A DNA stretch of 64,000 nucleotides, taken from positions 191,402 to 255,401 of the forward strand of contig NMRA01000143.1 of the NCBI GenBank assembly GCA_002633005.1. Direction: 5' to 3'. How positions within the stretch are numbered: position 1 is the stretch's first letter; every line of letters starts with the position of its first letter. The DNA is from Phoronis australis (lineage: Eukaryota > Animalia > Phoronida). A model generated the notes under the pieces. It was not told the origin of the DNA, ran no database searches, and was given only the letters and a program-made list of their open reading frames with translations. Of the stretch, positions 12,001 to 23,866 are shown piece after piece. The translations under genes were made by a program, and so were the position numbers.

Positions 12001-14512
12001 AAACAACGACATACTTTTCTTTGTTACAAAAGGCAGAGAGTTAACCAAGCAAATGTAAGGTGGCCCGAAAGTATCATCGCTACTTTAGCTTAATTATTTT
12101 TTCATTTTTTTCATTTTCCACCTAGGTGGAAATAATTCAACCTAGGTGGGAACTATTTTCACCTGGTTGGAAACTATTTTCACCTGGGTGGAAATTATTT
12201 CAACCTAGGTGAAAATTATTTTTACCCGGGTGGAAACTATTTCAACCTAGGTGGAAATTATTTTCACCCAGGTGGAAACTATTTCAACCTAGGTGGAAAT
12301 TATTTTCACCCGGGTGAGAACTATTTCAACCTAGGTGGAAATTATTTTCACCCGGGTGGAAATTATTTTCACCCAGGTGGAAACTATTTCAACCTAGGTG
12401 GAAATTTTTTTCACCCGGGTGGAAATTATTTTCATGCTTGTACGTCGTTTGGTTAACGTGGCATCATCTACTTGCGCTAGGAACAAGTCACGTGTCAAGC
12501 CATAGCTGCACACCCTTTTGTAGCACTCTAAAAACAATGCTCTTGTTTTGTTTATTCACGTCAATCGGTTAGATCATTCTGCCACCACATGTTTGCAGAC
12601 ATATGTGTTAAAAGTGTTAGCATATACAGGACAATCTGTGCAAGGAATTTGTATCCTATTGTGAATCCATAAGATGTGATTCACCGTACGTCTTTTACCA
12701 TTTGTGGGATATTTATAACACTATCTGTGCCTTTTGTTGCTAGTTGTGTAACTTTAAGTCTTTGAAACCTGTCAGCACGGGAAGGGTGAGTCTTTTGGAC
12801 AACAACAATAATCTGTCATTTATTTATCGGAAATTTCTCAACATTTTACGCCATACACTATATTTGTTAATGGCTTGGGTTCGTTGCTGAAATCTGGCAA
12901 CTTTATTCAGAGAGTTGTTTTGGAACTAGGAGTAATACGTAATCACACTGTCTCTGTTAAAGTCCGCAGCAAATCCAAGAGGCAGATAAGACGCCGACAT
13001 TGCAACCTAATCTGAACTTTGTTGAACAAAATGGCTGGCCCAATCAGCCTTCACCTACAAGACTTCATCCAATCACAACACAGATGAAAATAGGTGCCCG
13101 GATGTATAACATTTTCACCCAGGTGAAAANNNNNNNNNNNNNNNNNNNNNNNNNNNNNNNNNNNNNNNNNNNNNNNNNNNNNNNNNNNNNNNNNNNNNNN
13201 NNNNNNNNNNNNNNNNNNNNNNNNNNNNNNNNNNNNNNNNNNNNNNNNNNNNNNNNNNNNNNNNNNNNNNNNNNNNNNNNNNNNNNNNNNNNNNNNNNNN
13301 NNNNNNNNNNNNNNNNNNNNNNNNNNNNNNNNNNNNNNNNNNNNNNNNNNNNNNNNNNNNNNNNNNNNNNNNNNNNNNNNNNNNNNNNNNNNNNNNNNNN
13401 NNNNNNNNNNNNNNNNNNNNNNNNNNNNNNNNNNNNNNNNNNNNNNNNNNNNNNNNNNNNNNNNNNNNNNNNNNNNNNNNNNNNNNNNNNNNNNNNNNNN
13501 NNNNNNNNNNNNNNNNCGTACGAGCGACAATGGCTGAACAAGGCGGACGGCAGACTGCTCATTTTGTTCGCGATAATTTTATATCAGTTCATCGTACGAT
13601 TTCTTAGATATTTCACACAAAGGATAATAATAGACTAATAAAACTATTGCATGCAAAATATTAGCGGGAGTAACTCACCTTTTGAAAATGAGATCGGTCA
13701 AGTTGGACAGCAAACTTCGTCGGCGAACCAAAACAAAACCACGCGATGAAAACATTGAAATTTATTTCAAATCCCTTGCTAAATGTGTGTTCTACGTCAT
13801 CATATCATGAGTAGATTTGTTTCCGTTAATTTTATGGGGAGGAAAAGAAATTTTTCAGAAGCACCTCTGCACGCTCGATGAAAATCAGAACTCAGCTGTC
13901 GGCCACAATTGGTAAGCGATGCACGTGCGGTTTGTCACATCCCTACTACATGGGACCTACATAGGACCTACATAAGGACCTACATTAGGACGTACATAGG
14001 ACCTACATAGGACCTACATAAGGACTACATTAGGACGTACATAGGACCTAAATAGGACCTAAATAAGGACCTACATTAGGACAACATAGGACCTACACTA
14101 CAAAGGACCTACACTTCAGTAGAGCTACATGGTCATGGGCCAGTTTTCGTGTTTCAAAGGCTGTGGTTGACTCCCACATTTTGCATGCACTCCCGCCGGC
14201 GCCAAGGTGATGAGCAGAACTACAAAGGCTGTGTGCAATTTTGAGGTCTGTCGGAACTCAACACACAGTGGTACCTATAAGCCTAATACTAATACTATAC
14301 TACTACTACTACTAGCTGACACTTCAGTGTTCAGGATAGTCGATAGTCTTCCTGCACTCCTGCTGGCTAGCTGGCTAATTTTTACCCACCTTTAAATACT
14401 GATCTGTAGAAAACACGTCAACTTTGTTCGCTTTCACACCTTTGAGAGGAACTGAAATGTTCACAGAATTCTCATTTTCCTCCCAAGTGTAATCTTTGAC
14501 AACTATTGGCAT
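1..14512 (-). CDS. DNAAF4: Dynein axonemal assembly factor 4 (DYX1C1), CS/p23 domain plus C-terminal TPRs; multi-exon, 3' end beyond the left edge
   Basis: Phase-compatible exons (minus): 14390-14512 (MPIVVKDYTWEENENSVNISVPLKGVKANKVDVFSTDQYLK), 9312-9462 (VSYPPYLFEVLL...), 8853-8986, 7717-7827, 6297-6575 (...GKIKVKFSSRDFPTAARES...), 5363-5463 (WLQKQKEA...KNPVWLKEKG), 4365-4445 (FFKSGNYVGAINAYSHAIRLD), 2443-2515 (LYSNRATCHLKIGNLIKCVEDCSK), 1-73 (ALELLTPPVAQNASSRCKAHIRRG). Motifs match DYX1C1 as I recall it. Confidence 0.96.
843..1864. mobile_element. Probable non-autonomous DNA transposon with degenerate terminal inverted repeats
   Basis: Left end CAGTGGCCGATCTAGG, right end GGGGGCAGCCCCCCCCTAAATCCGCCTATG; a related end (CATAGGCGGATTTAGGGGGG) recurs at ~61761. 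No clean TSD seen. Confidence 0.5.
1088..1146 (-). repeat. tRNA-derived (SINE-head-like) fragment
   Basis: Minus strand GGTGGTGCAGTGGTAAAGCAC...GGTCATGAGTTCAAGTC has Pol III A-box and B-box-like motifs but no intact acceptor stem. Confidence 0.45.
2366..2446. repeat. 15-bp tandem repeat (CTTTGTACTAATTAC, ~5.5 copies) overlapping a DNAAF4 splice donor
   Basis: Read directly; translates as VISTK/IISTK repeats in the ORF track. Confidence 0.9.
2565..2816. repeat. 25-bp minisatellite (GATCAACAAAATGTGAATATGTGTT, ~10 copies)
   Basis: Read directly. Confidence 0.92.
3254..3406. repeat. 13-bp minisatellite (CAAACAGTGTAAA, ~11.5 perfect copies)
   Basis: Read directly; explains the three overlapping spurious ORFs at 3222-3444. 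Confidence 0.97.
9665..10052. mobile_element. Imperfect palindromic (MITE/foldback-like) element
   Basis: CTACATAGAACCGCTAAAGTCTGGTGAGGTT (~9752-9782) is the near reverse complement of AACCTCACCAGACTTCCACGATTCTATGTAG (~9938-9968); symmetry continues outward. Confidence 0.6.
9962..11350. repeat. ~690-bp near-identical tandem copy pair joined by a single N (10656); likely uncollapsed haplotypes
   Basis: 9962-10655 and 10657-11350 differ only by scattered SNPs and small indels. Confidence 0.85.
11080..12045. mobile_element. ~1-kb diverged palindromic (foldback/MITE-like) element
   Basis: 11160-11370 aligns by eye with the reverse complement of 11715-11930; the inner 11410-11680 is also self-complementary (TGACACTAATTTT vs AAAATTAGTGTCA). 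A related segment occurs at ~15980-16200. Confidence 0.7.
12112..12435. repeat. Tandem array of 22-23-bp self-palindromic units (TTTTCACCTAGGTGGAAA variants, ~14 copies)
   Basis: Read directly; the same unit reappears at 13112-13129 next to the gap. Confidence 0.92.
13130..13516. other. Assembly gap
   Basis: Run of N. Confidence 1.
13952..14112. repeat. 11-12-bp minisatellite (TAGGACCTACA variants)
   Basis: Read directly. Confidence 0.9.
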
Positions 14513-14691
14513 ATTCAGTCGATACCTATCCCCGTTACTACTCACGCACGAAAACAAACATGGCGGCTGATGACACGGGCCAATGATCGTGCTTGTGACA
14601 GAAATTCAGAACAAATCAAATGCATTGTGAGAAATGAAAGGAAGTACACGAGCGCCATCTACATCAAGGGAAAACAGGTGCGAGAAGCAGA
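14513..14691. promoter_or_regulatory. Bidirectional promoter and 5' UTRs shared by DNAAF4 and STOML2
   Basis: 179 bp between divergent ATGs; YY1-like motifs AACATGGCGGC (~14557) and GCGCCATCT (~14652). Confidence 0.7.
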
Positions 14692-17600
14692 ATGCACCGG
14701 TTTACAAGAAATTTAAGAAGTTTCAAGGTACGACAGGTTAAATTTTAATATCAGTTGTTATCAGGGTGGTAACATGGATGTACATATGCCACATAAAATA
14801 CCACACTAATCATTCAGAACAAGTTTGTTTCATACTGAAAGTGTCAAAAGTCAATGTGACGCAATTCGCGTTCTTACTTATGTCCACAGGCGTCCTCAGC
14901 TTCTGATCGTCCTCAATATACTACATATAATACTACAAGGTATGACACTTATATAGCCGACTGTGCGACTGAAGCAACGTCTGTTACCAGCCTGTAAACG
15001 GGGATAAAATAATTGACAGCGGACCTCAACTTTAATAAAACCAAACTAAGGACAATTTGTACTCTTAACAAAATGTGGCAAAATAAATTTTGACATAACT
15101 TATTGTGCCAGGCTCGGACCTGCAGCTGACAGATGACCTGGTGCAGACTGATCGAGACCACTCGCACTGACAAAAGACGAAGGCATGCCGTGCCTGACTA
15201 TTTTATCGCAATACATCATGGTTCAAATCATGAATGCCGTATACATACAAAGATAGTTCCCGACACTTGTATAAAATTAGGCACTAGTAACAGTCCTGCG
15301 GCAACAGTTGAATAACAACGGGCCGACCATGGCAAGCTAGGTTAAGCATGTGTTACTGGGTTTAACTAACTCTGGTAAACAAACAGAAAAACAGAACAAC
15401 GAACATGCAGTTCAACAAATTATTGAATAAAATTGCTAGTTAGAATATCCTGACAGTTAAACTTGCGTAAATATTGAAAATAAATTTAGACGCAACTTCG
15501 CTACTGGCTGGCTGACTGCCAAGAGAATACCATTTGGTGGCGAAATAACTTCATGTGGAAAACTTGCCATGGTGCCAAATGGTATAATATAAGTATTAAT
15601 GAGTTTAAAGTAAAAGGAATAACTCCCACTTAGCCAGACACATTCGTATACGCTGCTAGCTGGCAGAGCTGGACCGCCTGGCCTGCCGTGCGCCGGCGGA
15701 CATCTTTGCTCCGCGGGCAAGATGGAAACATTAATTAGCTACCCGGCCCTGAATGAATGAAATTCCTGTGACAAAGAGATTAAAAAATACTGCGTCATGC
15801 TCCTAACACTCCAACATTTTCCCATCGCCGACATTCAGCTCATTGAGGAAAATCCACTACACTCCCCCCTCCCCGGTTTGCGGCACGGAATTTTTATATT
15901 TAGACAACAGATGTATATATTGTAATGTTGATTTTGTGAGGTTTGAAAATATATTGTCCCTGATAATTGCACCGCTAACTACTGTATTGTACTCAAGGAA
16001 GAATGTACTTATTAATGACGTTAATTTATGTCAGATTTTATCTGGCTGGATTTTTACCCAAATTTGGTACAAAGCTGTATATTTATTCACTATCGTTGTT
16101 TTGGGCACCAACATTAGTTTTGATGAGCTGCTCTACGTATTTTATCAAATCAGTGTTTATTGCAGAAGCACCTGTCAAAAATTTTTGCTCCACGAATGTT
16201 TAGTCCAAGCTGAGAATCGATCGTGTATCAAACGTCAATGTCCAGAATGTTAACAGGTTGCTTAATTGCATGTTTCATGTTTTTCAGAGACTTTCCCAAC
16301 ATCAGTTGGAACATGTACGATACAGACACTCTGCTCAGCTCAACACAGTAATATTATTTGTACCCCAACAAGAAGCGTGGATAATTGAGAGGTTTGGCAA
16401 GTTTCACAGTGTATTGGAACCGGTAAGTCACATCCGATGGTGTCACTATGAACCTGCTATCAGTTATCTGGTTATAATTTAGTAAAACTCGCTTTTAAGT
16501 CGAATGCAACCAGACTAAGTGATTTTATCCAAGAAGGCGAACTCTGACTTGTGAAGTCCGACTTGTGAACTCTGACTTGTGAGCTCTAACTTGTGAACTC
16601 TGTCTTGGGAACTCGGATTTGTGAACTCCGACTAGTGATCTCGGACTTGTGAACTATAACTTGTGAACTTTGACTTGTCTGAAGAGACGAGTGTGTGAAC
16701 TGAGTTAAGCGTAAATCTTAACTTTTGTACTAAATATTATAGTACTTTATTTTGATTTAATAGATCATTTTTGGCGATCCATTACATATTGTTCTGAAAC
16801 AACTATGGTTGAATTTGAAAGCAGAATATGCTAACAGAAAACAGTTACAATTACACTCAGTGTTTCAAACAGTTTAAAAGCGAATTATCGTTGAGGTTAT
16901 TTGTCTGTGTTCTCCCTGTATTGTTGAAACAACTTTGAGATTTCACATGACCATGGTTGCAGAGATAGAGCATTTTAAAATAGCTCAGACATGTTTTTGA
17001 AACACCCTGTATATTTTTCAAGTGTCTGGATGCTGCACTCCTTGTGTCAGTCGTAGAAACTGGTATTTTTGAAGTTTGAGTCAAAATATAACCGTACACA
17101 TAAATTCACACTCTTAGGGCAAAACTGGGATTGATTTGTGTTGTTTTCTGTTGGCTAATGCTGGTGTTCGTCTTTGATGGGCTTTGTGGCCTGTTGAATC
17201 ACATGCAAACCTACATTACGCCCAAGAAGTGAACTTTAGACCATTTCCCTGTATAAAATTGGTCCTAAATTGTTTCTTACTCAGATGAGAAGCGATTTAT
17301 GGGTTCACAAAAATGATTTTTCCTTGAGACTATGCTTAGCGCACAAAAGGACATGCCGTGACAAGCCATGAATGCAAGTGTGTGATCTTTTGAAGCCCTG
17401 AAGTCACCTTCTCTTTAACTAAGGATCAATTTGAAACTAATTTCATAACTGTAACAGTAAATGGTCGAAATCAAAAGTTGGTGTTAGCGATGGAAGGCAG
17501 GTTTAAAGCTGCTTTAACTATTTTGTTTCTTAATTCAACATTTCCACTTTGTTGTTCTAGTGAAGTATCGAATGCAGATTCATCCTATAATTGGTCATTT

Positions 17601-20600
17601 CTTTTCTCAGGGTTTAAACCTTATCCTGCCTGTGGTGGACTCGGTAGCCTATGTACAGAGTTTGAAGGAAATTGCTATCGACATACCTCAGCAAAGCGCC
17701 ATTACTGTAGGTAAGCGTCACATAGTGTCCAGTGTGGTGTGGTGGCCTCTCGATGTCTATCCAAGCTGTGGCTGAGCTAATGGAGAACTTGAAATTCACT
17801 GGGTGTCGCTAGTGAAGCAAGGGACCTTATCATATAAATGTCCGCATTCATGCAAATCACGTGGGTCCCTTATCACACGAACGCTCTCGTGCTAATGAAT
17901 TACCTTCTGTTTTCAATCTATTCAAATGTTAAAAAGAAGGACTTTTATTCCTGAGCACCACCTGGTGAATATCGAGACGCTGATTGGTAATGCTGGGATA
18001 AGACTCACAAGACTTCTAAATGATGGCGTGTCTCTGTGTATATCACGGCAGTCTGGCAACCCTCCTGCTTGTGTGAACTGACCATAAGACTTGGATTTTT
18101 GTCACTCATGGAGCAAAGTCAGTTTCGTGTTTGTTTCATAATTTTTGTGGTAACTACTTCAAGTTGGTGGAATATGTGGTGCCACCTATTGGAACAGAAA
18201 TTGTCAATGCACACATTTTCAATTTCAGACAATGTAACTCTACAGATTGATGGTGTACTCTATCTTAAGGTGTTTGACCCCAAAAAGGTAAGAGAATGAC
18301 AGCAGTGTCTCAGTGTTTTTATCAGCAGGACTAATAAAAAGTATTTTTTGAAAAAAAATGATGAATTTCTGTCACTGCAATTCGTCGTGAGATGGTCAAA
18401 GTTATGGTGAAAGAATAGAAAGAAACCAGATGGAAATTATGAACTTTATCATTAGAAGTTTTTTTCTTGAAACTTTTGTTGACTTTTTATTTAAGAAATT
18501 TCGCTCGTGCGAGTTTTTGTAAAATCCTGTACAACTCTTGCTATCAAAATAAACTGACTTAATTAATGTTCGTGTCATTACTGTTAACTCTAATACCAAG
18601 ATATAGAAAGTTGCCAGTTTATCTACTCTCTCTAGCAGTTATGTTAGATATCGTTAAATTAATGTCTGATTAAACTTGAACAACTGTGCTGCTTTATTAG
18701 AAGCTCTGTCCTCTTGCCGCATAATTCTGACAAGAAGTGCGTCAAAGTTTGGAGGAGTTGTGTTACAGTCTGTCCTGTTTATATTAAAGCTGTGCTAGAC
18801 ATTCATTGCCCGCAATAAAACTTGTGTCTTATACCAATCAAAGCTGCTGTGCTCCGACATGGGACTCCATCTAGTGGTCAGTGATGGAACCTACATTTCC
18901 ATTCGACTTTCACGATCCCGTGACCAATGAGGATCATTACCCACAGTGTTTTTTACATAAGGTTGCCTTAGGATCTCTGCATACACAGAGCTATGTTGTC
19001 TGCCTATAGGGAAACTTGCTCTTTGTCACTGTTACACAAAGTGGTTTTTACATAAGGTTGCCTTAGGATCTCTGCATACACAGAGCTATGTTGTCTGCTT
19101 ATAGTGAAACTTGCTCTTTGTCACTGTTATACACAGTGGTTTTTACCAGGGCTTGGAATTTTCCGCGGAAACGCGGATTTCCGCTTTTTTCAAATGTGCT
19201 TTCCGCTTTTTTATAATATTTCCGCGTAAAAAAATCGGATTTGATATAAAATTTCCGCGGCAAATTCCTTTCTTACCGCGGCGTTGCAGACGACGTTCAC
19301 TTCGAAAAGCGGAAGTTGCTCTTTATGTTTCGGAGGAACGTAAATTGTCAACATTGCCGGGTCATCTGGGACAGCGTGGTTGGATTTTCAATGGCGTCTC
19401 GTGTTATTGTTAAGCGCGGTGACAAATACTACCGCTCTGCAGCCAAAAATGTGTGGGTTGGGAGTGGACGGGCGAGCTAAAAGGACGCAGACGCATGCTA
19501 CTGATGGTGGTAACGTTTTTTTTTTTTNNNNNNNNNNNNNNNNNNNNNNNNNNNNNNNNNNNNNNNNNNNNNNNNNNNNNNNNNNNNNNNNNNNNNNNNN
19601 NNNNNNNNNNNNNNNNNNNNNNNNNNNNNNNNNNNNNNNNNNNNNNNNNNNNNNNNNNNNNNNNNNNNNNNNNNNNNNNNNNNNNNNNNNNNNNNNNNNN
19701 NNNNNNNNNNNNNNNNNNNNNNNNNNNNNNNNNNNNNNNNNNNNNNNNNNNNNNNNNNNNNNNNNNNNNNNNNNNNNNNNNNNNNNNNNNNNNNNNNNNN
19801 NNNNNNNNNNNNNNNNNNNNNNNNNNNNNNNNNNNNNNNNNNNNNNNNNNNNNNNNNNNNNNNNNNNNNNNNNNNNNNNNNNNNNNNNNNNNNNNNNNNN
19901 NNNNNNNNNNNNNNNNNNNNNNNNNNNNNNNNNNNNNNNNNNNNNNNNNNNNNNNNNNNNNNNNNNNNNNNNNNNNNNNNNNNNNNNNNNNNNNNNNNNN
20001 NNNNNNNNNNNNNNNNNNNNNNNNNNNNNNNNNNNNNNNNNNNNNNNNNNNNNNNNNNNNNNNNNNNNNNNNNNNNNNNNNNNNNNNNNNNNNNNNNNNN
20101 NNNNNNNNNNNNNNNNNNNNNNNNNNNNNNNNNNNNNNNNNNNNNNNNNNNNNNNNNNNNNNNNNNNNNNNNNNNNNNNNNNNNNNNNNNNNNNNNNNNN
20201 NNNNNNNNNNNNNNNNNNNNNNNNNNNNNNNNNNNNNNNNNNNNNNNNNNNNNNNNNNNNNNNNNNNNNNNNNNNNNNNNNNNNNNNNNNNNNNNNNNNN
20301 NNNNNNNNNNNNNNNNNNNNNNNNNNNNNNNNNNNNNNNNNNNNNNNNNNNNNNNNNNNNNNNNNNNNNNNNNNNNNNNNNNNNNNNNNNNNNNNNNNNN
20401 NNNNNNNNNNNNNNNNNNNNNNNNNNNNNNNNNNNNNNNNNNNNNNNNNNNNNNNNNNNNNNNCCTACCGACTTTTGTTAGCGAAAGGTTCACATCGACT
20501 ATTTCAAGGCTGGGTAGCGTGCATGTTTTGGGCTGTAAAAGTTTCCGCGTTTTTGTTTATTGGTCATTCCAAGCCCTGATAACTCCAACCCTAGGTATAA

Positions 20601-23600
20601 CCCCTCCCCCAGGTAGACCACCAGTTCCAGGTATAGCTCCGCCCCACAGGTATAACTCCACCCAAAGGTATAACTACACCCCCATGTCTAACCCTGCCCC
20701 CATGTATAGCCCCACCTCCAGGTATAACTCCACCCCCAGGTGTAACTCCACCCCCAGGTAGAACCCCATCACCGGGTATAAGCCTCTCTCACTCTTAGTT
20801 ATTTTCCATAATGGTGAACATTTCATTGTTGTAAGGAATCCTCCCACTAAAACGATGAGAAAAGTGTCTTAAATGACTTTCGAGTTGGGCATGTACCATG
20901 ATGGTACTGAAACCAAAGTGAGAACAAAGGAGAACATACTCAGGTGGTGAGGGCATGCGTACTCACATTCTTCTATCAACTGTGCTTATTGGTGTCATTC
21001 TATCGCTTGATACTATTCACTTTTCTAACCAGCTTAGCTTACACTGTGTTGAGCATGGTCAGCAGTTAGTCGAATAGTATTATATATTTTTCTCCTCAGG
21101 GGACATCAAGCTGCCTGGGCGAGTCCAAGAAGCAATGCAAATGCAGGTGGAAGCTGAACGAAGAAAAAGGGCGGCCATTTTACAGTCTGAGGGTACGGTT
21201 ATGAACTATGTATTACTGATATGGAGTTTCACAACCTGCACGTACAGTAGTTCGCTTGCCTCACCAGGTCGTCCCTTCATGTGACAAGTGTCAATTTAAA
21301 GTAAAACTTAAAGTCCATCTGTCATCAAATTGGTTGTGTTTTCATTCTTATGGTTAGTGCGGTTATTAGAAACTCCTTGTTATTTACAGGTGAGCGTCAA
21401 GCTGACATTAATGTGGCGGAGGGTAAAAAGCAGGCGAGGATTCTCAACTCCGAAGCCTTCAAGACGGAGAAGGTGAATCAAGCTGTGGGTATGTATAACT
21501 AGGGCTTGGTGTCCAACATCACATGAGCACACTCACTGATACACCAACAAATGGAAGACTTGTAGCCAACAACGAGGGCTGATCACATGGGACTGTTGTC
21601 CTGTATCGGCACCTAGCTGTACCAGAAGTTACTTCTTCTTCACGTGGCTGGCATTGGGGAACATTTCGGCTTCATGAAAAGACGCTTTTACAGTGTATGT
21701 GATCAAACTTGATGTGTTTTAAAATTAAGTTATGAAGTGGCTCCTAGTCCTTTTGAGGCCACTGTTATCTGGTCCCACGTGATCAGTCGCCATATTGTTA
21801 TTTGAAAGTCTCCCATTATCTACCAGTCTTCAAAGAGTCGCTGCTCAAGATAATCGCTCTGTTCAACATTCAGAGTATTGTGATCCGTTGGCGGTAGCGG
21901 TTCTTGTACTTATCTATTGACAAGGTTCACGATACCAGAAATGAGCCAGGTTTCTAGTATAAGGGCAAAATTATCCTGTTATTTGTAGATTTTTTGTAGA
22001 TAAAAACGTACTGGTATATAATGTATTCCAAATTTATGTAACGCAATGAATTGAAATTCAATAAAAGTGAATGCAAATTCCCAGGTGGCGCTGGTGTAGC
22101 AAGGGTCTAACCCATAGTGATGCCTGTAATGTGATAAACACATGGGAACCTTATCCCATGAATGGACCCAGGTTGATGATCTACTTTCTGTTCAGAGGTT
22201 AAAATAAGGGTCTATTTTTCATCAACACCACTTGGTGAATATGGAGTGATGTATCTAGTTGGTAACTGATTTTGTTGCCTCGATACTTCCGAATATATCA
22301 TCAGACCAGGCGTGCATTCAATAGATGCAGGGACCTCGCAAAAACGCAAGATCATACGAGATTTACGAGATATCTCCATGCATTGCAAGTGAGGCAAGTG
22401 ATCGGACTAGTTTTACTTGTGAGATTATTCCATCTACAGAACTTTACCCTTGTGGCATTTTCTTTTCTTGAAAAAATTAATTGATACTGGGGTGAATGTC
22501 TAAATTCTGAAGTATTTTTCTTCTGCAGGTGACGCTGAGGCAATAATGGCAGTGGCCAAGGCAAGAGCTTCAGCTATTGAGAGGGTGGCTGTAGCTATTG
22601 GACAGAAGGTAAACCCTATTGAGTTTCATTGTCAAGTCATAGACAAAAAAGTTTAATTTTTCAGGTACCCCTTGTGTTCACAAGTGGCATGGAATTGGCT
22701 TTACTTTTTTATTTGTTCACGGGCATTGTCTAACAAGCCATACCACACCATGCAACGTGTTGTCATTTCTACGTTTCCTTATAGTCTCTCTCTCGCTATA
22801 AGTGACATTTGCCATTGCAGGATGGTCCTAACGCAGTGTCCATGAATATTGCCGAGCAGTACGTGCAAGCCTTCTCCAACATAGCCAAAGACAGTAACAC
22901 AGTACTCCTACCCACCAACACTGGCGACGTCAGCAGTATGGTCACGCAGGTAAATGTCGTTTGAAACTCTGAGAAAAAACATTGCGAAATAAGGCCACTG
23001 CCATTTGTCATTATCAAGGGTCACATTTCATAATTTTTTTCAAGAAATTGTATATTATCTGTATTGATTCTGTGTATCTCGTGCATAAAAATCATGCCTT
23101 GATTGCCTGATGTTAGATTTTTTTCGTGAACTTGCCGACAAAAATCACAACTTGATCGGGCAATTACAAGTATCTGGGCACTATTTTTGTGGACCTAAGG
23201 TTCTGTAATCATCAAAGATTTCCAAAAACATCTAGTTTCATGGTTTTGCAATTGGTTCATGTTTAGAAAGATATATGACAAATCTAGTCTATTCTACTCG
23301 GAGTATGAGCTCGTCCATCCGCAAGTTGGGGTACCTTTACTATGGACTACCACATTACCAGAATTAGTTTGCAGTGTCTCAAATATGTTTACGTTTCAGT
23401 TTCCCGGTTAATTTCGAACAGTAATAAGCCTTAGTGAAATGTTCCCAAGAATTTGATTTTTTCAACTATTTTTATCGTAATTCATAAAGCGGGCAACAGC
23501 ATCTCCATTGACCTACTCTAGTGAAGCGAGTTCACATGGCTTGAATGAATGAAATGTCGTTGATAATCTGTTTTAGGTGTGAACAGATCTTATTTATGTG

Positions 23601-23866
23601 GATACTATGTAAGGCATCTAGTGATTAAGTTAATATTCAAAGTGAGGCTGCTCACACATTGTTTATTCTCTTGTTTACCAGCGAGTCAATGTCATTGTTA
23701 TTTCCAGGCACTTACCATATACAAGACTCTGGGACAGACATCTGCCGAGTTGCCAGCTATCCCAGAATCCTCTACACCAGTCGAAGAGGTAGTGGTTGAA
23801 CCTCCGGTTGTCCCAACGAAGTCAACCCCAGAGTTGGGAAAACCAGAGAGTAAAGAGAAATCATAA
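14692..23866 (+). CDS. STOML2: Stomatin-like protein 2, mitochondrial (SPFH/band-7); multi-exon, central exon(s) missing from the assembly
   Basis: Exons: 14692-14727 (MHRFTRNLRSFK, presequence-like, less certain), 16288-16422 (...NTVILFVPQQEAWIIERFGKFHSVLEP), 17611-17710 (GLNLILPVVDSVAYVQSLKEIAIDIPQQSAITV), 18229-18287 (DNVTLQIDGVLYLKVFDPKK), [missing segment], 21100-21192 (DIKLPGRVQEAMQMQVEAERRKRAAILQSEG), 21390-21488, 22529-22608, 22821-22949 (AEQYVQAFSNIAKDSNTVLLP), 23708-23866 (stop TAA). Confidence 0.96.
16539..16678. repeat. 14-bp minisatellite (GAACTCTGACTTGT, ~10 copies)
   Basis: Read directly. Confidence 0.9.
18944..19146. repeat. ~97-bp tandem duplication
   Basis: TTTTTACATAAGGTTGCCTTAGGATCTCTGCATACACAGAGC... 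occurs twice in tandem. Confidence 0.85.
19147..20578. mobile_element. hAT-like non-autonomous element ends flanking a gap
   Basis: TIR CAGGGCTTGGAAT at 19147 and ATTCCAAGCCCTG ending at 20578; the same end recurs at ~51905. The 8-bp flanks do not match, so the ends may belong to different copies. Confidence 0.6.
19528..20462. other. Assembly gap
   Basis: Run of N. Confidence 1.
20579..20782. repeat. ~19-bp degenerate minisatellite (CAGGTATAACTCCACCCCC)
   Basis: Read directly. Confidence 0.85.

Noticed and set aside
12112-12435. CRISPR-like palindromic repeats
   Set aside because: Units are contiguous with no unique spacers, there are no cas genes, and the context is a eukaryotic intron.
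20519-20761. Pro/Tyr-rich repeat ORF
   Set aside because: Translation of the 19-bp minisatellite; no splice signals link it to STOML2.
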